DNA of 64,000 nucleotides from Minisyncoccota bacterium (GTDB lineage: Bacteria > Patescibacteriota > Minisyncoccia > Phycocordibacterales > UBA918): positions 128,002-192,001 of the forward strand of contig JAWKSP010000001.1 of the NCBI GenBank assembly GCA_041389025.1, read 5' to 3'. The translations under genes and the position numbers were made by a program. The first letter of the stretch is position 1. The number at the start of each line of letters is the position of its first letter. Positions 1 through 8,964 of this stretch are shown piece by piece. The notes beneath the pieces are model-generated. The model ran no database searches, was not told where the DNA came from, and saw only the letters and a program-made list of their open reading frames with translations.

Positions 1-1011
1 AGTCTCAGCTTCTTGTCCGGTGATACCAAGTGAGCTGTATACGTCGGCGAGAAGCAAGTGATTGTCTGTACCACCCCCCAAGAGCCTAATACCAGCCGTC
101 TTAAAGACTAGCTCCATGGCTTTGGCGTTTTTGAGAATCTGTTTGGTGTAATCCTGAAAAGCTGGAGTTAAAGCTTCACCAAAAGCTACTGCTTTTGCGG
201 CCACGATATGCATATGTGGTCCACCTTGCATCCCTGGAAAAACTGACCGATTGATTTTCTTAGCAATTTCCTCATCTTCTCGAACTAAAATCATTCCACC
301 ACGTGGTCCGCGAAGAGTCTTATGTGTAGTGGTGGTGATCACATCAAATCCTGCATCAAAAGGGTTTTTAGCTACCCCACCAGCTATCAACCCAGCAATA
401 TGTGCCATATCAGCCACAGTGTACGCTCCTACTTCTTTGGCAATTTCGACAAATTTAACATAATCAAGTTCACGACTATAAGCGGAAAATCCAGCCAAAA
501 TAATTTTTGGTTTCTCTTTAAGAGCCACTGCTCTTAACTCATCATAATCAATCTCACCAGTGTCGACGTTTTTCATTTTGTAGCGAACAAAATTGAAAAC
601 TTTATTGATGGCGGTAGTTGGATGTCCATGAGTTAAGTGCCCACCATGACCCAAATCCATACCCAAAACAGTATCACCTGGTTCCATTAAAGCAAAGTAC
701 ATTGCAACATTAGCATTAGCACCACCTAGAGGCTGTACATTAGCAAATTTGGCGTTAAATAATTTTTTAGCTCTTTCGATTGCAACTGTTTCTACTACGT
801 CGGTAAACTCTTGTCCCCCATAATAACGTCTTCCTGGATAACCTTCAGAATATTTATTTGTAAAAACAGAACCATTTGCTTCCAAGACGGCTCTGGACAC
901 GTAGTTTTCACTCGGTATCAACTCCACTCCTTTTAATTCTCTTTCTTCTTCCCCTACCAAAGCGTTGTAGATTTCTGAATCTTGATCTTTAATAAATTTA
1001 TATTCGTTCAT
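1..1011 (-). CDS. glyA: Serine hydroxymethyltransferase, 3'-truncated by window edge
   Basis: Manual translation from ATG at 1011: MNEYKFIKDQD...ELIPSENYVS...NKYSEGYPGRRYYGG...GGHLTHG...TTTHKTLRGPRGG. Not in the ORF track. Confidence 0.95.
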   Translation of the reverse strand, partial: MNEYKFIKDQDSEIYNALVGEEERELKGVELIPSENYVSRAVLEANGSVFTNKYSEGYPGRRYYGGQEFTDVVETVAIERAKKLFNAKFANVQPLGGANANVAMYFALMEPGDTVLGMDLGHGGHLTHGHPTTAINKVFNFVRYKMKNVDTGEIDYDELRAVALKEKPKIILAGFSAYSRELDYVKFVEIAKEVGAYTVADMAHIAGLIAGGVAKNPFDAGFDVITTTTHKTLRGPRGGMILVREDEEIAKKINRSVFPGMQGGPHMHIVAAKAVAFGEALTPAFQDYTKQILKNAKAMELVFKTAGIRLLGGGTDNHLLLADVYSSLGITGQEAET

Positions 1012-1123
1012 AATAAATAGCTTAAAAGTGATAAATTCTTATCTTAACTGAGTTTCGAACGAGTAAATTTAAATCATAGTAGTTTAAGGTTATTGATAAG
1101 GATTATAACACAACAAAAATAAT

Positions 1124-2131
1124 CTACTTTTTCTCAAAGCCACCGATATTGGCGATTGGAGCTCGTAAAGATGCGTGAGATTGATAATTTTCCAGAATAA
1201 TATCATCCAAAGTAAAGCTATCAATATCTTTAATATCAGGCTTCAGCTTTAGATTAGGAAAAGGTAGTGGTTCACGAGTCAGCTGTTCTTTTACTTGATC
1301 AAAATGATTTGAGTAAATATGCACATCTCCAAAAGTATGTACAAATTCTCCAGCTGGCAAATCTACTACCTGAGCCACCATCTTAAGAAGCAAAGCGTAG
1401 CTAGCGATATTGAAAGGTACCCCTAAAAATAAATCTCCTGAACGTTGATATAAGCCTAAGTTTAACTTGCCGTTAGCTACTTGAAACTGATACATAGTGT
1501 GACAAAAAGGTGGAACCTGTGACTGCTGCCCTTCAGAAGCCATATCATAGATAAAATCCGGATTCCAAGCACTAACTACATAAGATTTACGATCTGGTTT
1601 TTTCTTTAAACCTTCAATTACCCAAGCCAACTGATCAATTTCTCGACCATCTTTGGCTGGCCACCTCCGCCACATTCGACCGTAGATAGTGATTAAATCT
1701 CCCCATTTTTGTACAAACGGATCACTCTCTGGTAAAGAAGCAATCTTGGCAATAAATTCATCTTGCTCCATATCTTCAGCAGGAGCATTTTCAAGCGCCC
1801 ACATGTGATACATCTTCCAAGCCCATTCATCCCAAATATGATTATTAGCATCAATCAATGGTTTTAAATTAGAGCTACCAGACAAAAACCATAAAAGTTC
1901 AGTGGTAATCCCTCGCCAAAAAGTTTTTTTAGTAGTTAGCAACGGAAATCCATCTTCTAAATTAAATCTAATCTGCCGACCAAATACCGAACGTATAAAA
2001 GGTGGTTTCTCTCCATTTTTTTTATACTGCTCTAAAACAACATCATTAAAAAATAACTCCTTATCAGCTCCATTGTCTAAAATATCCTGCATTAAATCTA
2101 AATATTGATACTCTGGGTGTTTTTTTGACAT
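1124..2131 (-). CDS. thyA: Thymidylate synthase
   Basis: FPLLTTKK, ELLWFLSG, IWDEW, PPFCH (catalytic Cys), YQRSGDLFLGVPFNIASY. Confidence 0.95.
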   Translation of the reverse strand: MSKKHPEYQYLDLMQDILDNGADKELFFNDVVLEQYKKNGEKPPFIRSVFGRQIRFNLEDGFPLLTTKKTFWRGITTELLWFLSGSSNLKPLIDANNHIWDEWAWKMYHMWALENAPAEDMEQDEFIAKIASLPESDPFVQKWGDLITIYGRMWRRWPAKDGREIDQLAWVIEGLKKKPDRKSYVVSAWNPDFIYDMASEGQQSQVPPFCHTMYQFQVANGKLNLGLYQRSGDLFLGVPFNIASYALLLKMVAQVVDLPAGEFVHTFGDVHIYSNHFDQVKEQLTREPLPFPNLKLKPDIKDIDSFTLDDIILENYQSHASLRAPIANIGGFEKK

Positions 2132-2157
2132 GATTTTAAAAGTTATTATTTTTATAA

Positions 2158-2703
2158 TTATTTCTTCGGCTCCGCAAAGTGGTTAGAATTTTCACTATCA
2201 TAGCGCCCGACCTCCTCGTAAGACTTGCTAGTTGACGAAGAAAGCTTGGCAAATAAAAGCTGAGCAATATGCATCCCCGGACGAAGAATAATCGGGATAT
2301 TACTAGCATTCACCAACTCAAAAGTCGGATAAAACTTATGCCCCGGATTAAAGAGCATGGCGGTATTGTGTACCACGAGCCCTATCCTCGCCAAGCTACT
2401 CTTGCCAGAAAGTAGAATTAGGTGCTCGTTATCGACTCCAATAAACTCTCGCTGCTTTCCCAGCACATTCTCCCCCGGATGAAGTACGAATTCATTATCA
2501 TCATCAATACTAAATTTTCGGGTAGAAGGATAGATTTTTCTAGCCGGATCAGACGCTTGTACTAAGTGTCTGTCCACCACCTCAAATTCATTACCTAAAG
2601 TTACATCGTAACTAGCTAGCTGAAGTTGTTCTTCGTTAAACGGCTCTATAGTCAAACTACCAGATTTTATTCCTTTAATAATATCTACATCCGAAAGAAA
2701 CAT
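2158..2703 (-). CDS. dcd: dCTP deaminase
   Basis: LSDVDI, QLASYDVTLG, FVLHPGE, GKSSLARIGL, LRPGMHIAQL. Confidence 0.85.
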   Translation of the reverse strand: MFLSDVDIIKGIKSGSLTIEPFNEEQLQLASYDVTLGNEFEVVDRHLVQASDPARKIYPSTRKFSIDDDNEFVLHPGENVLGKQREFIGVDNEHLILLSGKSSLARIGLVVHNTAMLFNPGHKFYPTFELVNASNIPIILRPGMHIAQLLFAKLSSSTSKSYEEVGRYDSENSNHFAEPKK

Positions 2704-2714
2704 AAAAAAATAAA

Positions 2715-3389
2715 TTACTCGACAGTAAAAGTCTTATCAGTACCATAATAATCAGGCCAGTTTTTATTATAAAAAGCAAACATGCGAGCTAGACGGTCTT
2801 GTGATAATTCCTCTACTCCAAGCTCAACCATTATAGCTTCCAGATTACCCTTAACTTTATCGAGACTATCTTCATCTTCGGTCACTGTCTCAAATTCCGC
2901 CAAATAACCATAGCCAGCGTTACAATCAATACATACCGACACATCTTTGTACTCGTATTCATTACGATCACGCGACCACTTAGCTTCGTATGCAAAGCCA
3001 GCCTCTAGTACCAGCTGATCAAGCTCGTCTAAAGTAACAGCCACCGGTTCTTCAAACTCCATTCTCGAGACAGTATTACTACTGGTACCCCCATCAATAG
3101 AAGCCTTTACTACCAATAAAACCTCGTCGTTCTTTTGTCGGCTACGTACAGAAAAGTCAGATCCCTTATCGGCAATCTTTTTAAACTTATCATGCTGTTC
3201 GCCAACAAATAAATGCTCGACTTTTTCGTAAAGTTTGTGTAAATCACCACCGGTAAAATAGTGGTTGAGTTGGCTATTATGAGCAGTTTTCTTGAAGTTT
3301 GGATCCAGAGACCGCATTTTTTCTACTAATTCATCCGCCTTAGCTTTTTCTCCAAGTAAACTCTTAATTTCTATTTCAAAGTGTGCCAT
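2715..3389 (-). CDS. CYTH (triphosphate tunnel metalloenzyme) domain protein
   Basis: N-terminal EIEIK (ExExK), RxR, 'SRMEFE', 'GYGYLAEFE'. Start placed at MAHFEIEIK. Confidence 0.75.
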   Translation of the reverse strand: MAHFEIEIKSLLGEKAKADELVEKMRSLDPNFKKTAHNSQLNHYFTGGDLHKLYEKVEHLFVGEQHDKFKKIADKGSDFSVRSRQKNDEVLLVVKASIDGGTSSNTVSRMEFEEPVAVTLDELDQLVLEAGFAYEAKWSRDRNEYEYKDVSVCIDCNAGYGYLAEFETVTEDEDSLDKVKGNLEAIMVELGVEELSQDRLARMFAFYNKNWPDYYGTDKTFTVE

Positions 3390-3465
3390 AGTAGATGAAT
3401 TATAACAGACCAAGCCGAGGAGAAAATGCGACAGTAATAAAAATCTATGCCATAATCAGAATATT

Positions 3466-3978
3466 ATGGAAAAACCTAAAGTACCAGTAGTGATAGTAGC
3501 GGCCATGAGTCAAGGAAAACACGTGATTGGTAAAGAAAATAAACTACTCTGGCATGCACCAGAAGATTTAAAACGTTTTAAATCTCTAACTCTAGGACAT
3601 CCAGTAATCATGGGAAGAAAAACCTTTGAGTCAATTATAGAAATACTGGGTAAACCCTTACCTGGCCGCACCAACATAGTTATTACCAGAAATCCTAATT
3701 ATCACCACGAAGGTATCATAACCACAACCTCGCTCGAAGAAGCTTTTGCGGTGGCTGAAAAAGAAAACCCTACCGAAATTCATATCGGTGGTGGTGCGGA
3801 AATTTACCGACAAGCTCTACCATATGTAGACCGCCTACATCTAACTTTTTTTGATGATGAACCAGAAGGCGACACTTTCTTCCCCGACTTTACCCAGGAT
3901 TTTGTCGAAACAAAAAAACACCCTTCGCAAGAATACGAAGGGTTGAAATATCAGTGGGTAGATTTTGAAAGAAAGTAA
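3466..3978 (+). CDS. folA: Dihydrofolate reductase
   Basis: VIGKENKLLWHAPEDLKRFK, VIMGRKTFES, PLPGRTNIV, IGGGAEIY, GDTFFP. Confidence 0.95.
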   Translation: MEKPKVPVVIVAAMSQGKHVIGKENKLLWHAPEDLKRFKSLTLGHPVIMGRKTFESIIEILGKPLPGRTNIVITRNPNYHHEGIITTTSLEEAFAVAEKENPTEIHIGGGAEIYRQALPYVDRLHLTFFDDEPEGDTFFPDFTQDFVETKKHPSQEYEGLKYQWVDFERK

Positions 3979-3991
3979 GTTAATTCTAAAC

Positions 3992-4402
3992 TTAAATTAG
4001 ATTATTTTCAACCAAAATCTCTTTTATTGTTTTTCCATCAGGTTCAATACAAAAACCTAACTCTGCAAATTGTAATAAAATATCATCTGTAAAATCATAA
4101 AAATCATTTTCATGGACAAATTCTCGCTCCTTATCTTGCTCCATGTATACAAAAAGATATATCTTTTCTTGATATAAAAAATACTCATAATTAATTACCT
4201 TTAATTTTTCAAAAGAAGGATTCAAACTAGTACAAATTACCACACGACCAATCGATGGAATCATCTCTACAGGCCAAGGTAAACAAACAAGTACAGTTTC
4301 ACTATAAATATAATCATCAAGAACTTCAATATATTTTTGCGAAATTTTTTCAAAACTCACTGCAATACGTAAGTACACAGCAATATTTTTTGTATTCTTC
4401 AC
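3992..4402 (-). CDS. Hypothetical protein
   Basis: 136-aa ORF filling an intergenic gap; no recognised motif. Confidence 0.5.
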   Translation of the reverse strand: MKNTKNIAVYLRIAVSFEKISQKYIEVLDDYIYSETVLVCLPWPVEMIPSIGRVVICTSLNPSFEKLKVINYEYFLYQEKIYLFVYMEQDKEREFVHENDFYDFTDDILLQFAELGFCIEPDGKTIKEILVENNLI

Positions 4403-4461
4403 GCTTCTCTCCTTGTATTTTTATACAACAAAAATTTAACACATAAATAGAATTTTTCAAG

Positions 4462-4507
4462 TGCAACACACCAAAGGCCGGCGCGTAGCGCCGACCTTTT
4501 GTGTTGC
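4462..4507 (-). terminator. Hairpin downstream of rplK
   Basis: gcaacaca..aaaggccggcgc-gta-gcgccgacctttt-gtgttgc inverted repeat. Confidence 0.6.
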
Positions 4508-4523
4508 TATTTTAAAGAATCTA

Positions 4524-4949
4524 TTACCCTTCAACATTAACCCCCATTGAACGAGCAGTTCCCTCTACCGTCTTCATAGCAGCTTCAATTGAAGCAGCGT
4601 TTAGGTCAGGCATTTTTTCTTCCGCGATCTCTTTTACCTGAACTTTAGTCAGAGTACCAGCTCTTGAAACCTTATTTTTACCAGAACCTTTTGGTTTACC
4701 AAGTTTTTTCAAAATAAGACGTGACATCGGTGATACTTTAGTGATAAAAGTAAAACTTCGGTCATCATATACAGATATTTCTACCGGTACTATCTCACCC
4801 ATTTTCTCACGAGTTTGTTCGTTAAATTGGTTTACAAATTCACCAATATTGATACCAGCCTGTCCAAGTACCGGACCTAGTGGTGGAGCTGGAGTAGCCT
4901 TACCACCCACAGCCTGTACTTTAATCTTTTTTACTAATTTTTTTGCCAT
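4524..4949 (-). CDS. rplK: 50S ribosomal protein L11
   Basis: GKATPAPPLGPVLGQAGINI...KMPDLNA...GTARSMG. Confidence 0.97.
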   Translation of the reverse strand: MAKKLVKKIKVQAVGGKATPAPPLGPVLGQAGINIGEFVNQFNEQTREKMGEIVPVEISVYDDRSFTFITKVSPMSRLILKKLGKPKGSGKNKVSRAGTLTKVQVKEIAEEKMPDLNAASIEAAMKTVEGTARSMGVNVEG

Positions 4950-5096
4950 GTTTTATTAAAATTAAGATTTTATTGTTATTTTGAGCAGTCCGTTCCATAA
5001 CCAGACTTCTCATTAGAAGCCCGCGTATCGTACAAGAAAAATACACTTTTTGCAAGAAAATAAAAACTAGCTAAAGTGCATTTCTCCAACAAGAGA

Positions 5097-5549
5097 TTAT
5101 TTTATATTGTCATAGCCACAGACAATTTCTGTATCATTTTCAAGTATACCACTATTAGAAAAAGTTACGTCGCACATGTAGCTTGGTAGGACATTCGCCT
5201 TAAACACAATATGCCAGCTGTTATCATTTGTTTCAGGTAAAACCAGCTTCTTAGCAGTTACCGTCCAATAAATCTCTGTATCGACAGCTTCAGCCCATCT
5301 ATTAAAAACCTTATTTTCTTCAACCATTTTAGTTTTAACTTCATCCAATGAAAAAGCCGTGTATATTGCTTCCATATTAGTTATTGGTGGGAAATTAGCC
5401 GGTTTTTTTTCCAAGGAAGACAAATCATAGATTTTCAACTCCTCAGTTTCAAAATTAGAAACAGAATCACTAGATAAATACGCCAAATATATTATTGTCG
5501 GAAATAAGATTAGTAATAATATTATTGTTGTTATTTTGTAGACACTCAC
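5097..5549 (-). CDS. Hypothetical membrane-anchored protein
   Basis: N-terminal hydrophobic helix; lies between nusG and rplK. Confidence 0.6.
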   Translation of the reverse strand: MSVYKITTIILLLILFPTIIYLAYLSSDSVSNFETEELKIYDLSSLEKKPANFPPITNMEAIYTAFSLDEVKTKMVEENKVFNRWAEAVDTEIYWTVTAKKLVLPETNDNSWHIVFKANVLPSYMCDVTFSNSGILENDTEIVCGYDNIK

Positions 5550-5573
5550 TATATTTTAATAGTTATTTGCTCA

Positions 5574-6119
5574 TTACACTTTCTTAACCTGCAAGAAATC
5601 TAGTTCCACCGGAGTCTCACGTCCAAACATTGAAACCAAGACCTTCACTTTTCCGCTCTTCTCATCTACCTCACCAATTCGTCCTTCCAAGTCCTTAAAC
5701 GGTCCGTCAACGATATTTACAATATCACCAGTCGCTAAATCGACTTTATGCTTGATAGTGTCAGTCGACATTTGTTTTACCAAGGCATCGTATTCTTCTT
5801 TAGTAAGAGGTACTGGCTGAGTCCCACTTCCTACAAAACCAGTCACTCGAGGAGTATTCCTAACTACATACCAAGACTCGTCATCTACAATCATCTCTAC
5901 CAAGACATATCCTGGATATACTCTTTCTTCTTCGATTACTCGCTTACCCCCCTTGACCCTAATTTTCTTTTCAGTCGGTACGATTACATTGAAAATCTTA
6001 TCGTTCATTCCAAGTGAGTCGATGCGTTGCTTAAGATTACGAGTTACTGCATTTTCATAACCAGAGTAAGTATGAATCGCATACCACTGTCTTTCTCCGG
6101 TACCTTTTTGTTTTGCCAT
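5574..6119 (-). CDS. nusG: Transcription termination/antitermination factor NusG
   Basis: WYAIHTYSGYE, YPGYVLVEM, VRNTPRVTGFVG, KOW GPFKDLEG, MFGRETPVEL. Confidence 0.97.
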   Translation of the reverse strand: MAKQKGTGERQWYAIHTYSGYENAVTRNLKQRIDSLGMNDKIFNVIVPTEKKIRVKGGKRVIEEERVYPGYVLVEMIVDDESWYVVRNTPRVTGFVGSGTQPVPLTKEEYDALVKQMSTDTIKHKVDLATGDIVNIVDGPFKDLEGRIGEVDEKSGKVKVLVSMFGRETPVELDFLQVKKV

Positions 6120-6132
6120 AGAAAATATAAAA

Positions 6133-6321
6133 TTAAACTCGACCAGTAATAAACTGAATGCCTAGATTGAAAATGTAATCAAAAGCACCCAAAAATAGTG
6201 ACACTACTAAAGATATAACAATCACTAAAACTGTATAGAAAAAAGCTTGCTTTTGGGACGGCCAGCTAACCTGTTTCATTTCAGCGGCAGTATCGCGTAA
6301 ATAGTTACTAAAGTTGCTCAT
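6133..6321 (-). CDS. secE: Preprotein translocase subunit SecE
   Basis: EMKQVSWPS motif plus one TM helix, directly upstream of nusG. Start at MSNF. Confidence 0.92.
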   Translation of the reverse strand: MSNFSNYLRDTAAEMKQVSWPSQKQAFFYTVLVIVISLVVSLFLGAFDYIFNLGIQFITGRV

Positions 6322-6531
6322 ATAAATAATCTTACAAAATAAAAACGCCTCTGTGCGAATTGAACACATTATACTCCTGTTTTAAATATTGTCAAAAATC
6401 TTGCAAAACAACCTTAAACTCTAGCCAAATGTTTATATATGAATACAAACAAATTAAGTCCTAAGCTTAAAAGAAAAACAGAGTGGTCTTTAACCACTCT
6501 GTTTTTCTTTTTTAAGCTTTTATCACCCAAC

Positions 6532-7326
6532 CTATCGCACCTGATAAGTAATATTAACATTACTAGTCACAGTATTTTCTCCAGCGGCCACTGATACTGA
6601 ATCAAGACTGGCGTTTTTCACCATAGCTTCTTCTGCCATATCACCACCATAACCATAATATGGCATTGGACCATTTTCATTTTCATAGTAACCAACCATT
6701 TTTACCACACGCACTCCAAGCTCTGAGGCTAACGTCTTGGCTTTGGCTTTGGCATCAGCAATCGCTATAGCCCTAGCTTGCTCCTTTAAAATATCAGTGT
6801 CATCGATGGTGAATTGCAAACCACTGATATTGGTTGCACCAAAATCTCCCACTCCAGCCAATAACATACCCGCCTTATCCAAATCTCGCACCTTTACTGT
6901 TACCATTTGATTGACCTCAAAACCGTCCTGAACACGATTCGGTGAACAATACTGTCCTTCAACACAAAGCTGGTTTTCATAACGGTATTTTGGATTAAGA
7001 TTATAAAAACTAGTTTTTATATCTTTTTCTTCAACTCCGTTATTTTTTAGATAATCAAAAATAGTTTTTATTTTAGAGTCTGAAGCTTGTTGCGCGCTAC
7101 CAGCATCCTCGCCTTCAGCCATAACTGAAAAATTAAACTGGCCAATATCTGGGGTGGCTTTTACTTCTCCCGTTCCCAATACAGTGATAGTAGTTGGTCC
7201 ACTGTACATATATTTTGCCTGCTTTAATGTATAGCCAGCATACGCAATTAGAGATACTAAAAGTGCAATCAACACCAATGACCCTAAAGTACGATTTGTC
7301 TTTGAACTAAAAAAAGATGGTTCCAT
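6532..7326 (-). CDS. SIMPL (DUF541) domain protein
   Basis: TITVLGTGEVKATPD, GVEEKDIKT, GATNISGLQF, AIADAKAKA. Confidence 0.88.
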   Translation of the reverse strand: MEPSFFSSKTNRTLGSLVLIALLVSLIAYAGYTLKQAKYMYSGPTTITVLGTGEVKATPDIGQFNFSVMAEGEDAGSAQQASDSKIKTIFDYLKNNGVEEKDIKTSFYNLNPKYRYENQLCVEGQYCSPNRVQDGFEVNQMVTVKVRDLDKAGMLLAGVGDFGATNISGLQFTIDDTDILKEQARAIAIADAKAKAKTLASELGVRVVKMVGYYENENGPMPYYGYGGDMAEEAMVKNASLDSVSVAAGENTVTSNVNITYQVR

Positions 7327-7362
7327 AAAAAATTAAATAAAATTGCTAAATTATTGATAAAT

Positions 7363-8298
7363 TTAAAATACTGAATTTATTAAGTACTTAACTTTATGAG
7401 AAAATCCTGTCCCATCACCACAGACTTCCACCAAAGCGACCTTGTCTGGTTCTGATAAAACTAAAGAACCGGATTCTTCATCCATTAAATAGTACATGAT
7501 AGATTCGTTACCTTCAACATGTTCTATTCCGAGTGAATGACCAAACTCATGCGCCAACACTCTTGATAGCTCTGTTTCATTACTGAATTTATAGATGTTT
7601 ATCCTTTCTCGCTTAAAATCTCCTTGGGTAAATACTTCTCGATTACCAAATATTTCATTGTATTCTTTAACATTTTGATTATACTTTTCTATCACCAAGT
7701 TTACCTCCTCTCCTTTCTTGTTTATATCATTAACTAAACTATTTAAGTTATTTTCCGCTATTATTAAATCTGACATTATTTCAGATAAATACTCTTGTTC
7801 TTTTTGTAACTCTTTATACTTGTTTTCAGGCGCTCCACCCTGACTGTTGTAGTCTTCAACTTTTTTGTTATAGGTAGCCAATCTGTTCTCATAAGTCCCG
7901 CGTTGTTTTTTGTATTCACTTTCAACCTTTTTATACTCTTCGTTCATTTGATTTACTTCTTCCAGTAATTCTTTACCGTATTTCTCTTCCTCGTCTAAAC
8001 TAATTCTCCACTCTTCTTCAGTTCGAACCAACTGCTGTCTTTCATCATAAATAAAATTTACCGTAAACTTAGAAGCAGGATCATAGATAAATAAGTCCCT
8101 GCCAGCCGTCTTTTCCCATAAAGCTTCAACTCTCTCAAGGATAACTTTGATTTCATCCTCTTCAATTTCAAACCGGTCATCTACACTACCAACACTGTAT
8201 TTAATTGGAGCCGGACAAATATTAGCTGAACTGGTGTACCAAAAACTGGTTACAGATATTAAAATAAAAATAATTGTAATAATTAACAGCTGTGGCAT
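7363..8298 (-). CDS. Matrixin-family zinc metalloprotease with coiled-coil insert
   Basis: HEFGHSLGIEH plus Met-turn SIMY; N-terminal signal/TM segment; start uncertain. Confidence 0.85.
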   Translation of the reverse strand: MPQLLIITIIFILISVTSFWYTSSANICPAPIKYSVGSVDDRFEIEEDEIKVILERVEALWEKTAGRDLFIYDPASKFTVNFIYDERQQLVRTEEEWRISLDEEEKYGKELLEEVNQMNEEYKKVESEYKKQRGTYENRLATYNKKVEDYNSQGGAPENKYKELQKEQEYLSEIMSDLIIAENNLNSLVNDINKKGEEVNLVIEKYNQNVKEYNEIFGNREVFTQGDFKRERINIYKFSNETELSRVLAHEFGHSLGIEHVEGNESIMYYLMDEESGSLVLSEPDKVALVEVCGDGTGFSHKVKYLINSVF

Positions 8299-8346
8299 AT
8301 GTACGATATAAATCATACCATTTTTTTGAGATAAGCCACCAAACAC

Positions 8347-8405
8347 AAAAGCCTGATGGCGGGGACTGCGTTGTCGCGAAACGTAGTCCCTGCCATCAGG
8401 CTTTT
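8347..8405. repeat. 26-bp-arm inverted repeat/hairpin
   Basis: aaaagcctgatggcggggactgcgtt / aacgtagtccctgccatcaggctttt; the two deviations are G-T pairs on the + strand. Confidence 0.8.
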
Positions 8406-8674
8406 CTTACGTATACATAATACACCGTCGAGTAACTTAAAATAGTTAGCTTTCAACAGTATCAAAAAAAATAAAAGCCGGTTGTTACACCGACTTTTGT
8501 ATGGATAAAAAAATAAAATCAGACTCTTCTTTTCCTTATTTGAAGACTTTTTTTAACATGTCTTTCTTTAACTCTTTCTTTTAACAGCATTACCTTTAGA
8601 GGAAAGCCAAAAAATCTTCTTTTGTATTTCTCTAAAAGAGCTAATGGGAATAGTAAGCTCATTATCACTCCCTC

Positions 8675-8884
8675 CTATTTATCTTCACCATAGACACTAG
8701 GTCTAATTTTTTGGTATTTAAAACCTATTTTGTCTTCAGGGTTTACTTGAGAATCAATATGAGAATCAACAGTAATTGGTCTACCTACGGTCTCATATCT
8801 TATTTTTTTAGTAGAATCGCCTTTAGAACTATCAGTTTCATCTATTTCTTCTTTCAACTTTTTTCTCCTTACTTCTTTGTACAA
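8675..8884 (-). CDS. Small hypothetical protein
   Basis: 69-aa ORF, no motif. Confidence 0.3.
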   Translation of the reverse strand: MYKEVRRKKLKEEIDETDSSKGDSTKKIRYETVGRPITVDSHIDSQVNPEDKIGFKYQKIRPSVYGEDK

Positions 8885-8964
8885 AAAACAGCCCTTACTA
8901 TAAATTTGTGCTTTGCTAAAGTCAAATCAATAATGAAAGTGGCGACCAACGGTCGCCACTTTCA

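Noticed and set aside
251-537. + strand ORFs 251-463 and 322-537 and similar short antisense ORFs throughout
   Set aside because: Shadows of well-supported genes on the opposite strand (here glyA).
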